Assembly (NCBI GenBank): GCA_036491015.1
Contig: DASXCV010000231.1
Coordinates: forward strand, 1 to 61,949
Origin: Thermoleophilaceae bacterium
Lineage (GTDB): Bacteria > Actinomycetota > Thermoleophilia > Solirubrobacterales > Thermoleophilaceae
Reading direction: 5' to 3'
DNA: 61,949 nt
The number at the start of each line of letters is the position of its first letter. Positions within the stretch are counted from its first letter, which is position 1. Below, piece by piece: positions 37,776 to 47,936 of this stretch. The position numbers and the translations under genes are program-made. The notes beneath the pieces are model-generated. The model was not told the origin of the DNA. It saw nothing but the letters and a program-made list of their open reading frames with translations, and did no database searches.

Positions 37776-38252
37776 TCAGTGCCGGCGGCGCGCCGCGCGA
37801 GCGACGGTGACTGTGACCTTGCCGCCCCACGAGCCCAGCTGCCCGACGTTGCAGCCGCCCTTGTAACCCTGCGCCTGGAAGCCCAGCGTGGTCTGGCCCT
37901 GGGGCAGCGTGACGTGCGTGGCCACGGTGTCGGTCCTGTCGCCGGCGACGAGCTTGTGCGTCTTCGCCACCACGTTGCCGTGCAGCAGCACGCGCAGACG
38001 AACGGCCGAGCAGTGGAGATGAGAGGTCGTGTAGGTGACCGACTTGAGCACGCCCCTGTGCGCGAGCGTGAACGTGAGGCTCTCGGGCGGGCTGCACACC
38101 TGCCCGGTGCTCGTGCAGGCGACCATGAACTGGCCCGTGGTGAAGGACTGCGCCTTCGTCTTGGCGAGCGCCGTGCCCCCGGCCAGCGCGAGCAGGCACA
38201 GCATGGCGGCGAGGATGCGCAGCGGACGTCGTGGCCAGTCCATGGCGGGCAA
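37776..38252 (-). CDS. secreted hypothetical protein
   Basis: 158 aa. Signal peptide LRILAAMLCLLALAGGTALA, four Cys, beta-rich. No family recognised. Confidence 0.5.
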   Translation of the reverse strand: MPAMDWPRRPLRILAAMLCLLALAGGTALAKTKAQSFTTGQFMVACTSTGQVCSPPESLTFTLAHRGVLKSVTYTTSHLHCSAVRLRVLLHGNVVAKTHKLVAGDRTDTVATHVTLPQGQTTLGFQAQGYKGGCNVGQLGSWGGKVTVTVARAARRRH

Positions 38253-38330
38253 GCATGACCGGGTGGCGCGGGCGGGTCAACGGGTCTGGTAGAACGCCTG
38301 CCGGCAAGGGGTACCGGACAGGGGGAGTGC

Positions 38331-40412
38331 ATGCGGGGCAAACTGATCCTCGCCGCGGGTCTTGCGACGCTCGCGGTCGGCGGGGGCACGGCGCGGGCGG
38401 CTGTGTCGATTGACGTTCTCTCGAACAGAGCGGACCTGATCTCGGGCGGCGACGCGCTCGTGGCGGTGAACGGCGGTCCGCCGGCCGGCGTGAGCCTGAA
38501 CGGCCGCGACGTGACGAGCGACTTCGCCGTGCGCCAGAACGGCCGCTACGAGGGGCTCGTGACCGGCCTCGCCGACGGCGCGAACGCGCTCGCGGCGCGG
38601 CTCCCCGACGGCTCCGGCGCCCAGATCGCGGTCACCAACCACCCGATCGGCGGACCCGTGTTCGCCGGCCGGCAGGTGCAGCCGTGGGTGTGCCAGGCGG
38701 GCGCGCGCGACGCGCAGTGCAACCAGCCGATCGCGTACGCCTACAAGTACGAGCCCGTGACCGGCGGCGCCTTCCTGCCGTATGACCCGGCCAGCCCGCC
38801 GCCGGCCTCGCTGATCAAGCAGACGACCACCGACGCGGGCGTGACGGTCCCGTACATCATCCGCGAGGAGACGGGCTACGAGGACCGGGACCAGTACGCG
38901 ATCGCCACGCTGTTCGAGCCAGGCAAGGCATGGCAGCCGTGGGCGCCGCAGGAGCAGTGGAACCACAAGCTCGTGATCGAGCACGGCGCGAGCTGCGGCG
39001 CCGAGCACGACAGCGCCACGGCGCCGAGCGTGGAGGACGACGCGGCGCTCTCGCGCGGCTTCGCGGTGATGTCGACCGCGCTCGACAACGCCGGCCACAA
39101 CTGCGACGTGGTGACCGAGGCGGAGTCGCTGATGATGGCCAAGGAGCACCTCACCGAGTCCTACGGCCAGATCCGCTACACGATCGGCGAGGGTTGCTCG
39201 GGCGGCTCGCTCGTACAGCAGCAGGTGGCGAACGCCTACCCCGGCATCTACCAGGGCATCCTGCCCCAGTGCAGCTTCCCGGACGCGTGGTCCACGGGGC
39301 AGCAGCTGGCCGACTACTTCCTGGTGCGCCACTACGTCGAGGACCCGGCGCAGTGGTCGCTCGGCGTCACCTGGACGCCGCTCAGCATCGCGGCGGTCGA
39401 GGGCCATCCGAACCACCTCAACTCGATCGAGCTGTCGACGATCTACTTCAGCTCGCTCGGGGACCCGTCGTACGCGTGTGCGGGCGTGTCCGCCTCGCAG
39501 CGCTACAACGCGCAGACCAACCCGGGCGGCGTGCGCTGCGACCTCGCGGACTACATGGTGAACGTGTTCGGCACGCGCGCCTCCGACGGCTTCGCCGGGC
39601 GGCCGCTCGACAACGTGGGCGTGCAGTACGGGCTCGACGCGCTCGAGGCCGGCACGATCACTCCCGCCCAGTTCGTGGACCTGAACGTGAAGGTGGGCGG
39701 CGCGGACATCGACGGCCAGTGGCAGCCGCAGCGCGTGACGGCGGACCAGCCGGCGCTCGCGAACGCCTACCGGAGCGGCGGGATCAACGAGACGAACAAC
39801 ATGCGGAACGTCGCGATCATCGACCTGCGCGGTCCCGACCCCGGCGCCTTCCACGACGTGTACCGCGCGTTCGCGGTGCGGGCGCGGCTGCAGCGCGAGA
39901 ACGGCACCTACGCGAACCAGGTGATCTGGGAGGGCCTCGCGCCGCTCGTGGGCGACGTGAATTACACGACGACCGGCCTCGTGGCGATGGACCGCTGGCT
40001 CGGCGCGGTCGATGCCGACCACAGCTCGAAGCCGCTCGCGCAGAAGCTGGTCGCGGACAAGCCGGGGGACATCCACGACCAGTGCAGCGACGGGCTGGGC
40101 CAGGTGCTGCCCGGCACCGAGGCGTGCCAGGCGATCGTGCAGGCCTACAAGACACCGCGCATGGTGGCGGGCGAGTCGATCGCCACGGACGACAACAAGT
40201 GCGTGCTGAAGCCGCTGCTCCGCACCGACTACTACCCGGTGCAGTTCACGGACGCCCAGTGGGCGGCGCTCGCGAAGGTGTTCCCGGGCGGCGTGTGCGA
40301 CTGGTCGAGGCCGGGCGTGAGCCAGGCTCCCACCCTGCCGTGGCTCGACTACGACGGGCAGGTTGGCGGGAAGCCGCTGCCGGCCGCTCCGCGGAGCACT
40401 GCCTTGCCCTAA
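38331..40412 (+). CDS. secreted alpha/beta-hydrolase-like protein (tannase/feruloyl-esterase-like; resembles the family annotated DUF6351)
   Basis: 693 aa. Signal peptide LILAAGLATLAVGGGTARA. Candidate nucleophile motif GEGCSGGS. Many paired Cys. Confidence 0.6.
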   Translation: MRGKLILAAGLATLAVGGGTARAAVSIDVLSNRADLISGGDALVAVNGGPPAGVSLNGRDVTSDFAVRQNGRYEGLVTGLADGANALAARLPDGSGAQIAVTNHPIGGPVFAGRQVQPWVCQAGARDAQCNQPIAYAYKYEPVTGGAFLPYDPASPPPASLIKQTTTDAGVTVPYIIREETGYEDRDQYAIATLFEPGKAWQPWAPQEQWNHKLVIEHGASCGAEHDSATAPSVEDDAALSRGFAVMSTALDNAGHNCDVVTEAESLMMAKEHLTESYGQIRYTIGEGCSGGSLVQQQVANAYPGIYQGILPQCSFPDAWSTGQQLADYFLVRHYVEDPAQWSLGVTWTPLSIAAVEGHPNHLNSIELSTIYFSSLGDPSYACAGVSASQRYNAQTNPGGVRCDLADYMVNVFGTRASDGFAGRPLDNVGVQYGLDALEAGTITPAQFVDLNVKVGGADIDGQWQPQRVTADQPALANAYRSGGINETNNMRNVAIIDLRGPDPGAFHDVYRAFAVRARLQRENGTYANQVIWEGLAPLVGDVNYTTTGLVAMDRWLGAVDADHSSKPLAQKLVADKPGDIHDQCSDGLGQVLPGTEACQAIVQAYKTPRMVAGESIATDDNKCVLKPLLRTDYYPVQFTDAQWAALAKVFPGGVCDWSRPGVSQAPTLPWLDYDGQVGGKPLPAAPRSTALP

Positions 40413-40450
40413 CAGGGAAAGGCATCCGGGACGTCGAAAGCCCGCATGTC

Positions 40451-40966
40451 ATGCCGGAGTCGATCCGCATCGGCAGCCACCGGGATCTGGTGGGCCGCGA
40501 GCGTCACCCGGTGATCCGGCGTGCGTTGCTCGTGCTGCTGCTCGCCGTACCCGTGCTGGCGCTGCTGGGCGCGTTCGGCCAGCGGGCTCTGGAGTCGCAC
40601 GCCAGCGGACCGGCGGCCACGCTCACCCTGTCCTCGCCGAAGAGCATCCGCGGCGGCCTTCTCTTCCAGTCCAAGGTCACGGTGGACGCGCAGCGGCGGC
40701 TTGCTCAACCCAAGCTCGTGCTCAGCCCCGGCTTCCTCGACGGGCTGACCGTGAACACGATCGAGCCGAACGCCTCGCAGGAGCTGAGCCGCAACGGAAG
40801 CCTCGTGCTCGAGTACGGCGCGATCCCCGCGGGGCAGCGGCTGGTTGTGTGGATCCAGTACCAGGTGAACCCGACCACCGTGGGCCGGCAGACCCAGCGC
40901 CTCGAGCTCGACGACGGCCTGGCGCCGATCGTGACCATCACCCGCAAGCTCACGAGCTTCCCGTAG
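40451..40966 (+). CDS. membrane-anchored hypothetical protein
   Basis: 171 aa in frame within the 678-aa ORF. A single N-terminal TM (ALLVLLLAVPVLALLGAF), then a beta-rich domain. Confidence 0.5.
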   Translation: MPESIRIGSHRDLVGRERHPVIRRALLVLLLAVPVLALLGAFGQRALESHASGPAATLTLSSPKSIRGGLLFQSKVTVDAQRRLAQPKLVLSPGFLDGLTVNTIEPNASQELSRNGSLVLEYGAIPAGQRLVVWIQYQVNPTTVGRQTQRLELDDGLAPIVTITRKLTSFP

Positions 40967-40970
40967 GCGC

Positions 40971-41414
40971 ATGGATCTCGTCTTCCGCGCCACGGTCATC
41001 TTCTTCTTCGTGTTCCTCGTCACGCGCGTGGCGGGCAAGCGCGAGCTGTCGTCGCTCGAGCCGTTCGACCTGATCCTGCTCGTGGTGCTCGGCGACCTCG
41101 TGCAACAGGGCGTGACGCAGAGCGACTACTCGGTGACGGGCGCGATCATCGTGATCAGCACGATCACGGTGCTCACGGTCGGGCTGTCGTACGCAAACTT
41201 CCGGCTGCCGTTCCTGCGCACGACGCTCGAGGGCCAGCCGGTCGTGCTGGTGGAGAACGGCCAGCTGATCGAGCGCAACATGCGCCGCGAGCGAATCACG
41301 ACCGAGGACATCGAGGCCGAGGGGCGCCAGCAGCAGGTGGCCTCGGTCGCCCAAATGCGCTGGGCCGTGCTCGAGACGAGCGGCCGCATCTCGATCATCC
41401 CTGCGGCCGAGTAG
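40971..41414 (+). CDS. DUF421 (YetF-like) membrane protein
   Basis: 147 aa. FFFVFLVTRVAGKRELSSLEPFDLILLVVLGDL and ERNMRRERIT.EDIEAEGR are typical of DUF421. Confidence 0.8.
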   Translation: MDLVFRATVIFFFVFLVTRVAGKRELSSLEPFDLILLVVLGDLVQQGVTQSDYSVTGAIIVISTITVLTVGLSYANFRLPFLRTTLEGQPVVLVENGQLIERNMRRERITTEDIEAEGRQQQVASVAQMRWAVLETSGRISIIPAAE

Positions 41415-41472
41415 GGCGCGAGGGCTTAGGATCGGCCCCGCCGCCGACCGAGCCCGATCGAGAGGAGAGCAG

Positions 41473-43071
41473 TTGACAAGCGTGCGAGAGGCCGCGTTCG
41501 ACCTGTTTCGCCGTCATGGGATGACGACGATCTTCGGCAACCCGGGATCCACCGAGCTGCCGATGCTCGCCGACTTCCCCGACGACTTCCGCTACGTGCT
41601 CGGCCTCCAGGAGGCCGTGGCCGTGGGGATGGCGGACGGCTTCGCGCAGGCGTCCGGGCTGCCGACGCACGTGAACCTTCACACCGCGCCGGGGCTCGGC
41701 AACGCGATGGGCGCGATCTTCAACGCGCAGGCGAACAAGTCGCCGCTGCTCGTCACCGCCGGCCAGCAGGTGCGCGCTCAGATCACGCTGCAGGCCAACC
41801 TCACGAACAGGGACGCCACGCGCGTGCCGCACCCGTACGTGAAATGGAGCCACGAGCCCGCGCGGGCGCAGGACGTGGTGCCGGCACTGGCGCGCGGGAT
41901 CCACATCGCGTCGCTGCCGCCGGCCGGCCCGGCGTTCGTCTCGCTGCCGATGGACGACTGGACCGAGGAGGCCGACCCGGTGATGACGCCGCCGGTGCTC
42001 ACGCGCTCGGTGAGCGGCCGGGCGGGCGCCGACGGCGCGGCCGTGGCGGCGCTGGCGCGGCGGCTCGAGGAGGCGAAGAACCCGGCGCTCGTGGCCGGCC
42101 CGGACATCGACGCGAGCGGCGCGTGGGACGTCGCAATCCAGCTCGCCGAGAAGCAGAAGCTGCCGGTGTGGGCCACGCCGGCGCCGGGTGGCGGGCGCAT
42201 CGGCTTCCCGGAGAGCCACCCGCTGTTCCGCGGCCTGCTGGCGCCGGCGATCGGCCCGGTGGGCCAGATGCTCGAGCCGTACGACCTCGTGCTCGTGGTC
42301 GGCTCCTCGGTGTTCCCGTACTACCCCTACATCGCGGGCGCCCCGCTGCTCGAGGGCACGTCGCTCGTGGCGATCACGAACGACCCGGACGAGGCGGCAC
42401 GCGCTCCCATGGGCGACGCGCTCGTGGCCGACGTGCGGCTCACGCTCGAGGCGCTCGTCGCGGAGGTGGGGGAAACGTCCCGCGAGGCGCCCGAGGAGCT
42501 CGGCGGCACCGAGCCCGCGGAGGTGACCGACCCGCTCAGCGGCGCGGGCGTGCACGACGTGCTGTCGTCGCTCATGCCGGACGACGGGATCGCGGTGGTG
42601 GAGTCGCCGTCCTCGACGATGGCGCTGCGCACGCGGCTGCGGCTGTCGAAGCCCGGCAGCTACTACTTCAGCTCGGCCGGCGGCCTGGGCTTCGGCCTGG
42701 CGGCGTCGATCGGGGTGCAGCTCGCACAGCCCGAGCGCCAGGTGGTTTGCGTGCTCGGCGAGGGGTCGGCCCAGTACGCGATCACGGGCTTCTGGACGGC
42801 GGCGGCGTACAAGGTGCCGGTGAAGTTCCTCGTCCTCAACAACTCCGAGTACGCGATCCTCAAGTGGTTCGCCGGGGTGGAGCAGGTGGAGGGCGCGCCG
42901 GGGCTCGACCTCCCGGCGCTCGACGTGTCGGCCGTCGCGCAGGGCTACGGCGTGCCGTCCGCGCGAGCGGCGAACCGGGACGAGCTGCATGCCGCGCTGT
43001 CCCACGCACTGGGCGCCGACGGGCCGCGGCTCGTGGAGGTGAAGGTGGCGCCCGGGATGTCGATCCTTTGA
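41473..43071 (+). CDS. thiamine-diphosphate-dependent decarboxylase, benzoylformate-decarboxylase-like
   Basis: TTG start after GAGGAGAG. N-terminus VREAAFDLFRRHGMTTIFGNPGSTELP, ThDP motif GEGSAQY...LNNSEY. Confidence 0.8.
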   Translation: MTSVREAAFDLFRRHGMTTIFGNPGSTELPMLADFPDDFRYVLGLQEAVAVGMADGFAQASGLPTHVNLHTAPGLGNAMGAIFNAQANKSPLLVTAGQQVRAQITLQANLTNRDATRVPHPYVKWSHEPARAQDVVPALARGIHIASLPPAGPAFVSLPMDDWTEEADPVMTPPVLTRSVSGRAGADGAAVAALARRLEEAKNPALVAGPDIDASGAWDVAIQLAEKQKLPVWATPAPGGGRIGFPESHPLFRGLLAPAIGPVGQMLEPYDLVLVVGSSVFPYYPYIAGAPLLEGTSLVAITNDPDEAARAPMGDALVADVRLTLEALVAEVGETSREAPEELGGTEPAEVTDPLSGAGVHDVLSSLMPDDGIAVVESPSSTMALRTRLRLSKPGSYYFSSAGGLGFGLAASIGVQLAQPERQVVCVLGEGSAQYAITGFWTAAAYKVPVKFLVLNNSEYAILKWFAGVEQVEGAPGLDLPALDVSAVAQGYGVPSARAANRDELHAALSHALGADGPRLVEVKVAPGMSIL

Positions 43072-45938
43072 CGCTGCTCGCGCCGGACACCGCGCGCATC
43101 GGCCGGCCGGAAGGACCGCCCGCGCCGGACCGCGCTCCCGACAGCCTGGCCGCGGGCACCCCCGAGCCGCTGCGCGGCGATCTCGTGCGGCTGCTGGGCG
43201 AGGACCGCGTGCTCGCCCGCGCCTCTGACCTGATCCGCTACGCCTCGGACGCGAGCCCGTACCGCCGCTTCCCGCAGGTGGTGGTGATGGCGCACGACGA
43301 GGACGACGTGCTGAAGACGATCGCCTACGCCCGCTCGCACGGCCTGCACCTCACGTTCCGCGGCGGCGGCACGAGCCTGAACGGCCAGGGCCAGACCGAC
43401 GGCATCCTCGTGGACGTGCGCCGCCACTGGTTCGGCGTGCAGGTGGAGGACGAAGGCCGCCGAGCGCGCATGGGTCCGGGGACGCTCGTGGGGATGGCCA
43501 ACCGCGTCCTCAGGCCGCACGGCCACCTGCTCGGGCCCGACCCGGCGAGCAAGGACATCGCCACGGTGGGCGCGGTGATCGCCAACAACTCGGGCGGGAT
43601 GCGCTGCGGCGTGACCTGGGACTCGTACTCGACCGTGCGCGCGCTCAAGCTCCTGCTCGCCTCCGGCACCGTGATCGACACCGCGGAGGATGGGGCGGAG
43701 GAGAAGTTCGCCGAGGCGGAGCCGGAGCTTGCGGCCGGGCTCGCCGAGATACGCGACGAGCTGCGCGCCGACACCGAGCTCGCCGAGCGCATCCGGCGCA
43801 AGTTCGAGATCAAGAACACCACCGGTTACCGGCTCTGCGCGTTCCTCGACGCGGACACGCCGCTCGAGATCTTTCGCCGCCTGGTGGTGGGCTCCGAGGG
43901 CACGCTCGCCTTCATCGCCGAGGCCGTGATGGACACGCGGCCCGATCCGCCGCGCACCACGGTGGCGTGGCTCCACTTCGGCTCGATCGACGACGCGATG
44001 ACGCCTGTGTCCCAGCTCGTGGAGGTGGGCGCGCGCGCGGTCGAGCTGATGGTGGCGCCCGCGCTGATCGCGGCCGCGCACAACATCCAGGGCACGCCGG
44101 AGTACTGGAAGGAGCTGCCGCCGGAGTCGGCCGCCCTGCTCGTGGAGTTCGGCGGCGAGAACGATGCCGAGCTCGACGCGCAGGTGATGTCGGCGGACCG
44201 GGTCCTGGCCGAGTACGAGCTGCTGCGAGAGCCCGACTTCACGCGCGACCCGCACGAGATCGAAGTGGCCTGGACCGTGCGCGAGGGGCTGCACGGCCTC
44301 GTGGGCCGCTTCCGCGCGCCCGAGACGGCGCTGATCATCGAGGACGTGTGCGTGCGTCCCGAGCGGCTGCCCGAGTGCGCGCGCGACATCCAGGCGCTGC
44401 TCGGCGAGCACGGGTTCATCCCGGGCGTGGCCGGGCATGCCTCGGCCGGCAACCTGCACTTCCAGCTCACGCCCGACTTCGCCAAGCCAGAGGACCGCGC
44501 GCGCTACCAGACCTTCATGGACAAGCTCGGCGAGCTGATCCTCGACAAGTACGACGGCTCGATGAAGGCCGAGCACGGCACCGGCGTGGCGATGACGCCG
44601 TGGGTGGAGCGCGAGTGGGGCGCCAAGGCCACCGAGATGATGTGGCGCGTGAAGCGGCTCGCCGACCCGGACGGCGTGCTCAACCCGGGCGTGGTTCTCA
44701 ACCGCGACGCCGACGCCCATCTGTCGAACCTCAAGATCCAGCCGATGATCGAGGAGGTGGCCGCGCACTGCGTGGAGTGCGGCTTCTGCGAGCCGGTGTG
44801 TCCCTCGCGGAACGTGACCACCACGCCGCGCCAGCGGATCGTGCTGCGGCGCGAGATGGCGCGCCAGCCGGAGGGGTCGCCGGTGTACGAGGCGCTGATG
44901 CGGGAGTTCGAGTACGACGCGATCCAGACGTGCGCGGCGGACGGCTCGTGCGCGCCGTCGTGCCCGCTGGCGATCGACACCGGCGCGCTGATCAAGGAGT
45001 TCCGTGCACGCGAGCGGACCGAGCGCGAGGAGAAGGTGGCGCTCGGGCTCGCCAGGCGCTGGGCCTCCGTGGAGCGGGCGGCCCGCGGCGGGCTGAAGGT
45101 CGGTCGCTACGGCGGCGCCGGGGCAGTGGCAGGCGCGCTCCGCTCCCGCGTGAGTGAGGAGCTCGTGCCCGCCTGGCCGGCGGACGGAATGCCGCCGCCC
45201 GCGCCCGCGCTGCCGGCGACCTCGCGCGAGGGCGCCGCCGCCGTGTACATGCCGGCGTGCATCAACCGCATCTTCGGCAATCCGGACGGCAGGCCCGCGC
45301 ACCCCACGCTGCCCGAGGCGCTCGTGGAGGTGTCACGCCGCGCCGGGCTGCCGCTCTGGATCCCCGAGGACGCCGCGGGCAACTGCTGCGCGGTGCCGTG
45401 GAGCTCGAAGGGCTACGCGCGCGGCAAGGACTTCATGGTGGCGAAGGTGCGCGAGTCACTCGCGCGCTGGACCGACGGCGGCAGCCTGCCGCTCGTGATC
45501 GATGCGAGCTCGTGCGCGCACGGTCTGATCCAGGACGTGGGGGCGGAGGTGGAGGTGCTCGACTCGATCTCCTGGGCGCACGACCATCTGCTGCCGAAGC
45601 TCGAGGTGAAGCGGCGCGTGGGCTCCGTGGCCGTCCATCCCACCTGCTCGGCGGGCCACATGCGGCTGGCCACGAAGCTCGAGGCGCTGGCGGGCTCGCT
45701 GGCCGACGAGGTGGTGGTGCCGGTGGGCACCACGTGCTGCGGCATGGCGGGCGACCGCGGCCTGCTCCACCCGGAGCTGCCGCAGTCGGCCCTGCGCGAC
45801 GTGAAGGCGGCGCTCGACGGCCGCCGCTTCGATGCGTGGGTGTCCAGCAACCGCACATGCGAGCTCGGCCTTCAGCAGGTGACCGGCCGGCCCTACAGCT
45901 CGTTCGTGTTCCTGCTCGAAGAGCTCACCCGGCCCTAG
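43068..45938 (+). CDS. FAD-binding plus 4Fe-4S plus CCG-domain 2-hydroxyacid dehydrogenase (YdiJ/Dld-like fusion)
   Basis: The TTG at 43068 overlaps the upstream TGA (TTGA). FAD-PCMH domain (HLTFRGGGTSLNGQ), ferredoxin motif CVECGFCEPVCPS and CAADGSCAPSCP, two C-terminal Cys-rich CCG-type regions. Confidence 0.85.
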   Translation: MTLLAPDTARIGRPEGPPAPDRAPDSLAAGTPEPLRGDLVRLLGEDRVLARASDLIRYASDASPYRRFPQVVVMAHDEDDVLKTIAYARSHGLHLTFRGGGTSLNGQGQTDGILVDVRRHWFGVQVEDEGRRARMGPGTLVGMANRVLRPHGHLLGPDPASKDIATVGAVIANNSGGMRCGVTWDSYSTVRALKLLLASGTVIDTAEDGAEEKFAEAEPELAAGLAEIRDELRADTELAERIRRKFEIKNTTGYRLCAFLDADTPLEIFRRLVVGSEGTLAFIAEAVMDTRPDPPRTTVAWLHFGSIDDAMTPVSQLVEVGARAVELMVAPALIAAAHNIQGTPEYWKELPPESAALLVEFGGENDAELDAQVMSADRVLAEYELLREPDFTRDPHEIEVAWTVREGLHGLVGRFRAPETALIIEDVCVRPERLPECARDIQALLGEHGFIPGVAGHASAGNLHFQLTPDFAKPEDRARYQTFMDKLGELILDKYDGSMKAEHGTGVAMTPWVEREWGAKATEMMWRVKRLADPDGVLNPGVVLNRDADAHLSNLKIQPMIEEVAAHCVECGFCEPVCPSRNVTTTPRQRIVLRREMARQPEGSPVYEALMREFEYDAIQTCAADGSCAPSCPLAIDTGALIKEFRARERTEREEKVALGLARRWASVERAARGGLKVGRYGGAGAVAGALRSRVSEELVPAWPADGMPPPAPALPATSREGAAAVYMPACINRIFGNPDGRPAHPTLPEALVEVSRRAGLPLWIPEDAAGNCCAVPWSSKGYARGKDFMVAKVRESLARWTDGGSLPLVIDASSCAHGLIQDVGAEVEVLDSISWAHDHLLPKLEVKRRVGSVAVHPTCSAGHMRLATKLEALAGSLADEVVVPVGTTCCGMAGDRGLLHPELPQSALRDVKAALDGRRFDAWVSSNRTCELGLQQVTGRPYSSFVFLLEELTRP

Positions 45939-46003
45939 TCCTCGGCGAGCGACGCCGCCGGCCGGACGCGCCCTTGACCGGCTCGTCAGCATTCAGGCCC
46001 ACG

Positions 46004-47935
46004 ATGGCTACCAGCGAGAACAGCGCCACGGCCGGCACGGCGACGCGCCTGAGCGGGCGCACCGCATGGGCGCGCAACCTCGCGGCGCCGCTGCGCGACT
46101 ACCTGAACACGGAGACGGGCGGCGCGCTGGCGATGCTCGGCGCAACGGTGGCCGCGCTGCTGTGGGCCAACTCGCCCTGGCCGCACTCGTATGAGTCGGT
46201 GTGGACCACCAAGCTCTCGATCCAGCTCGGCAGCACCGGCATCGCGCTCGACCTGCGCCACTGGGTGAACGAGGGCCTGATGACGTTCTTCTTCCTCGTT
46301 GTGGGGCTCGAGGCCAAGCGCGAGCTGGACGTGGGGCAGCTGCGCGAGCGCAAGCGCGTGGCCATCCCGTTCGCGGCGGCGCTCGGAGGAATGGCGCTGC
46401 CGATTCTGATCTACCTGGCGTTCAACGCCGGCGGTGCGGGAGCGCACGGCTGGGGCGCCGCCATGTCCACCGACACCGCGTTCGCGCTCGGCGTGCTCGC
46501 GATCGTGGCGCCCAACGGTACGCGCCTGCGCGTGCGGCTGCTCACGCTCGCGGTGTTCGACGACCTGGTGGCGCTCCTCGTGATCGGGGTGGTCTACACA
46601 AAGCACGTGGAGCTGGCGGCCCTGCTCGTCGCGCTCGGCGTGTTCGCCCTGCTCGTGGCGCTGCGCGTGGCCCCGGCCTCCTGGCGCGCCCCCGCCGCGG
46701 CCGTGCTCGGAGTGGCGCTCTGGGGCGCCCTCTACAAGTCGGGCATCGACCCGGTGATCGCGGGGCTTGCCACCGGCCTCGTGATCAGCGCATACCCGCC
46801 CCAGCGCGAGGGGCTAGAGCGCGTGGTGGAGCTCACGCGCTCGTTCCGCGAGCAGCCCACTCCCGAGCTGGCGCGCACGACACAGCGCGGCGTGGCGTCC
46901 GCGATCTCGCCGAACGAGCGGCTGCAGTACCGGCTGCATCCGTGGACGAGCTTCGTGATCGTGCCGCTGTTCGCGCTCGCCAACGCGGGCGTGCACGTGA
47001 ACGGCTCGGTGCTGAGCCACGCGTACGGCTCGCCGATCACGCTCGGCATCCTGCTCGGCTATGTGCTCGGCAAGCCGCTCGGCATCCTCGGGGCCTCGGC
47101 CATCGCCGTGAACCTGCGCCTCGGCCTGCGCCGCAGCCTCAGCTGGCCGGTGATCGCGGGTGGGGGAGTGGTGGCGGGCATCGGCTTCACCGTGTCGCTT
47201 CTGATCTCGAGCCTCGCCTTCAGCGGCACCCAACTCGAGCAGGCGAAGATCGGGGTGCTCACGGCGGCGCTCGTGGCGGCGCTCGGGAGCTTCGGCGTGT
47301 TCCGCGCGATCAGGCATCTGCCGGAGTGGCTGCGGGCGCGCCAGATCGCCGGCACCGAGGAGGAGCTGACCGACCTTGCCGACGACGTCGATCCGGAGCG
47401 CGACCACATCCGCGGGGCCGAGGACGCCCCGGTGACGCTCGTGGAGTACGGCGATTACGAATGCCCGTACTGCGGGCAGGCCGAGATGGCCGTGCGCGAG
47501 CTGCTCGACTCCTTCGGCGACGACCTGCGCTACGTCTGGCGCCACCTGCCGCTCAACGACGTCCACCCGCACGCGCAGCTCGCGGCCGAGGCCGCCGAGG
47601 CGGCCGCGGCGCACGACCGCTTCTGGGAGATGCACGACAAGCTGATCGGCCACCAGGACGAACTCAGCCCGCGCGACCTCGGTCGCTACGCCGAGGAGGT
47701 CGGGCTCGACCGCAACGACTTCTGGGACGACGTGCGCCACCACGAGTACGCCGAGCGCGTGAGCGACGACGTGAACTCCGCCGACGCGAGCGGCGTGGCC
47801 GGCACGCCCAGCTTCTTCATCAACGGCAAGCGCCACCAGGGCGCCTACGACGTGGGCACGCTCACCTCCGCCGTGCGCGCCGCCCGCACCCGCGCGGTCG
47901 CGCAGCGCAACACAGCCGAGGCCGGACGGAGCTGA
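46004..47935 (+). CDS. nhaA: Na+/H+ antiporter NhaA fused to a C-terminal DsbA/thioredoxin-like domain
   Basis: NhaA motifs FFFLVVGLEAKRE and LAVFDDLVAL. The C-terminal 200 aa has CxxC (YECPYCGQ) and FFINGKR, typical of DsbA-family proteins. Confidence 0.85.
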   Translation: MATSENSATAGTATRLSGRTAWARNLAAPLRDYLNTETGGALAMLGATVAALLWANSPWPHSYESVWTTKLSIQLGSTGIALDLRHWVNEGLMTFFFLVVGLEAKRELDVGQLRERKRVAIPFAAALGGMALPILIYLAFNAGGAGAHGWGAAMSTDTAFALGVLAIVAPNGTRLRVRLLTLAVFDDLVALLVIGVVYTKHVELAALLVALGVFALLVALRVAPASWRAPAAAVLGVALWGALYKSGIDPVIAGLATGLVISAYPPQREGLERVVELTRSFREQPTPELARTTQRGVASAISPNERLQYRLHPWTSFVIVPLFALANAGVHVNGSVLSHAYGSPITLGILLGYVLGKPLGILGASAIAVNLRLGLRRSLSWPVIAGGGVVAGIGFTVSLLISSLAFSGTQLEQAKIGVLTAALVAALGSFGVFRAIRHLPEWLRARQIAGTEEELTDLADDVDPERDHIRGAEDAPVTLVEYGDYECPYCGQAEMAVRELLDSFGDDLRYVWRHLPLNDVHPHAQLAAEAAEAAAAHDRFWEMHDKLIGHQDELSPRDLGRYAEEVGLDRNDFWDDVRHHEYAERVSDDVNSADASGVAGTPSFFINGKRHQGAYDVGTLTSAVRAARTRAVAQRNTAEAGRS

Positions 47936-47936
47936 G

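Noticed and set aside
38277-40076. 599-aa minus-strand ORF antisense to the tannase-like secreted protein gene
   Set aside because: Arg/His/Val-rich and low complexity. The plus-strand ORF has a signal peptide and coherent domain content.
41844-43067. N-terminal 408 codons of the 1364-aa ORF listed as 41844..45938
   Set aside because: This part is an out-of-frame overlap of the decarboxylase gene and is Arg/Gly-rich. The recognisable FAD-domain protein begins at the TTG at 43068, which overlaps the upstream stop.
42945-45302. 785-aa minus-strand ORF antisense to the FAD/Fe-S dehydrogenase gene
   Set aside because: No motifs and Arg/Ala/His-rich. The sense strand shows FAD-binding and ferredoxin Cys motifs.
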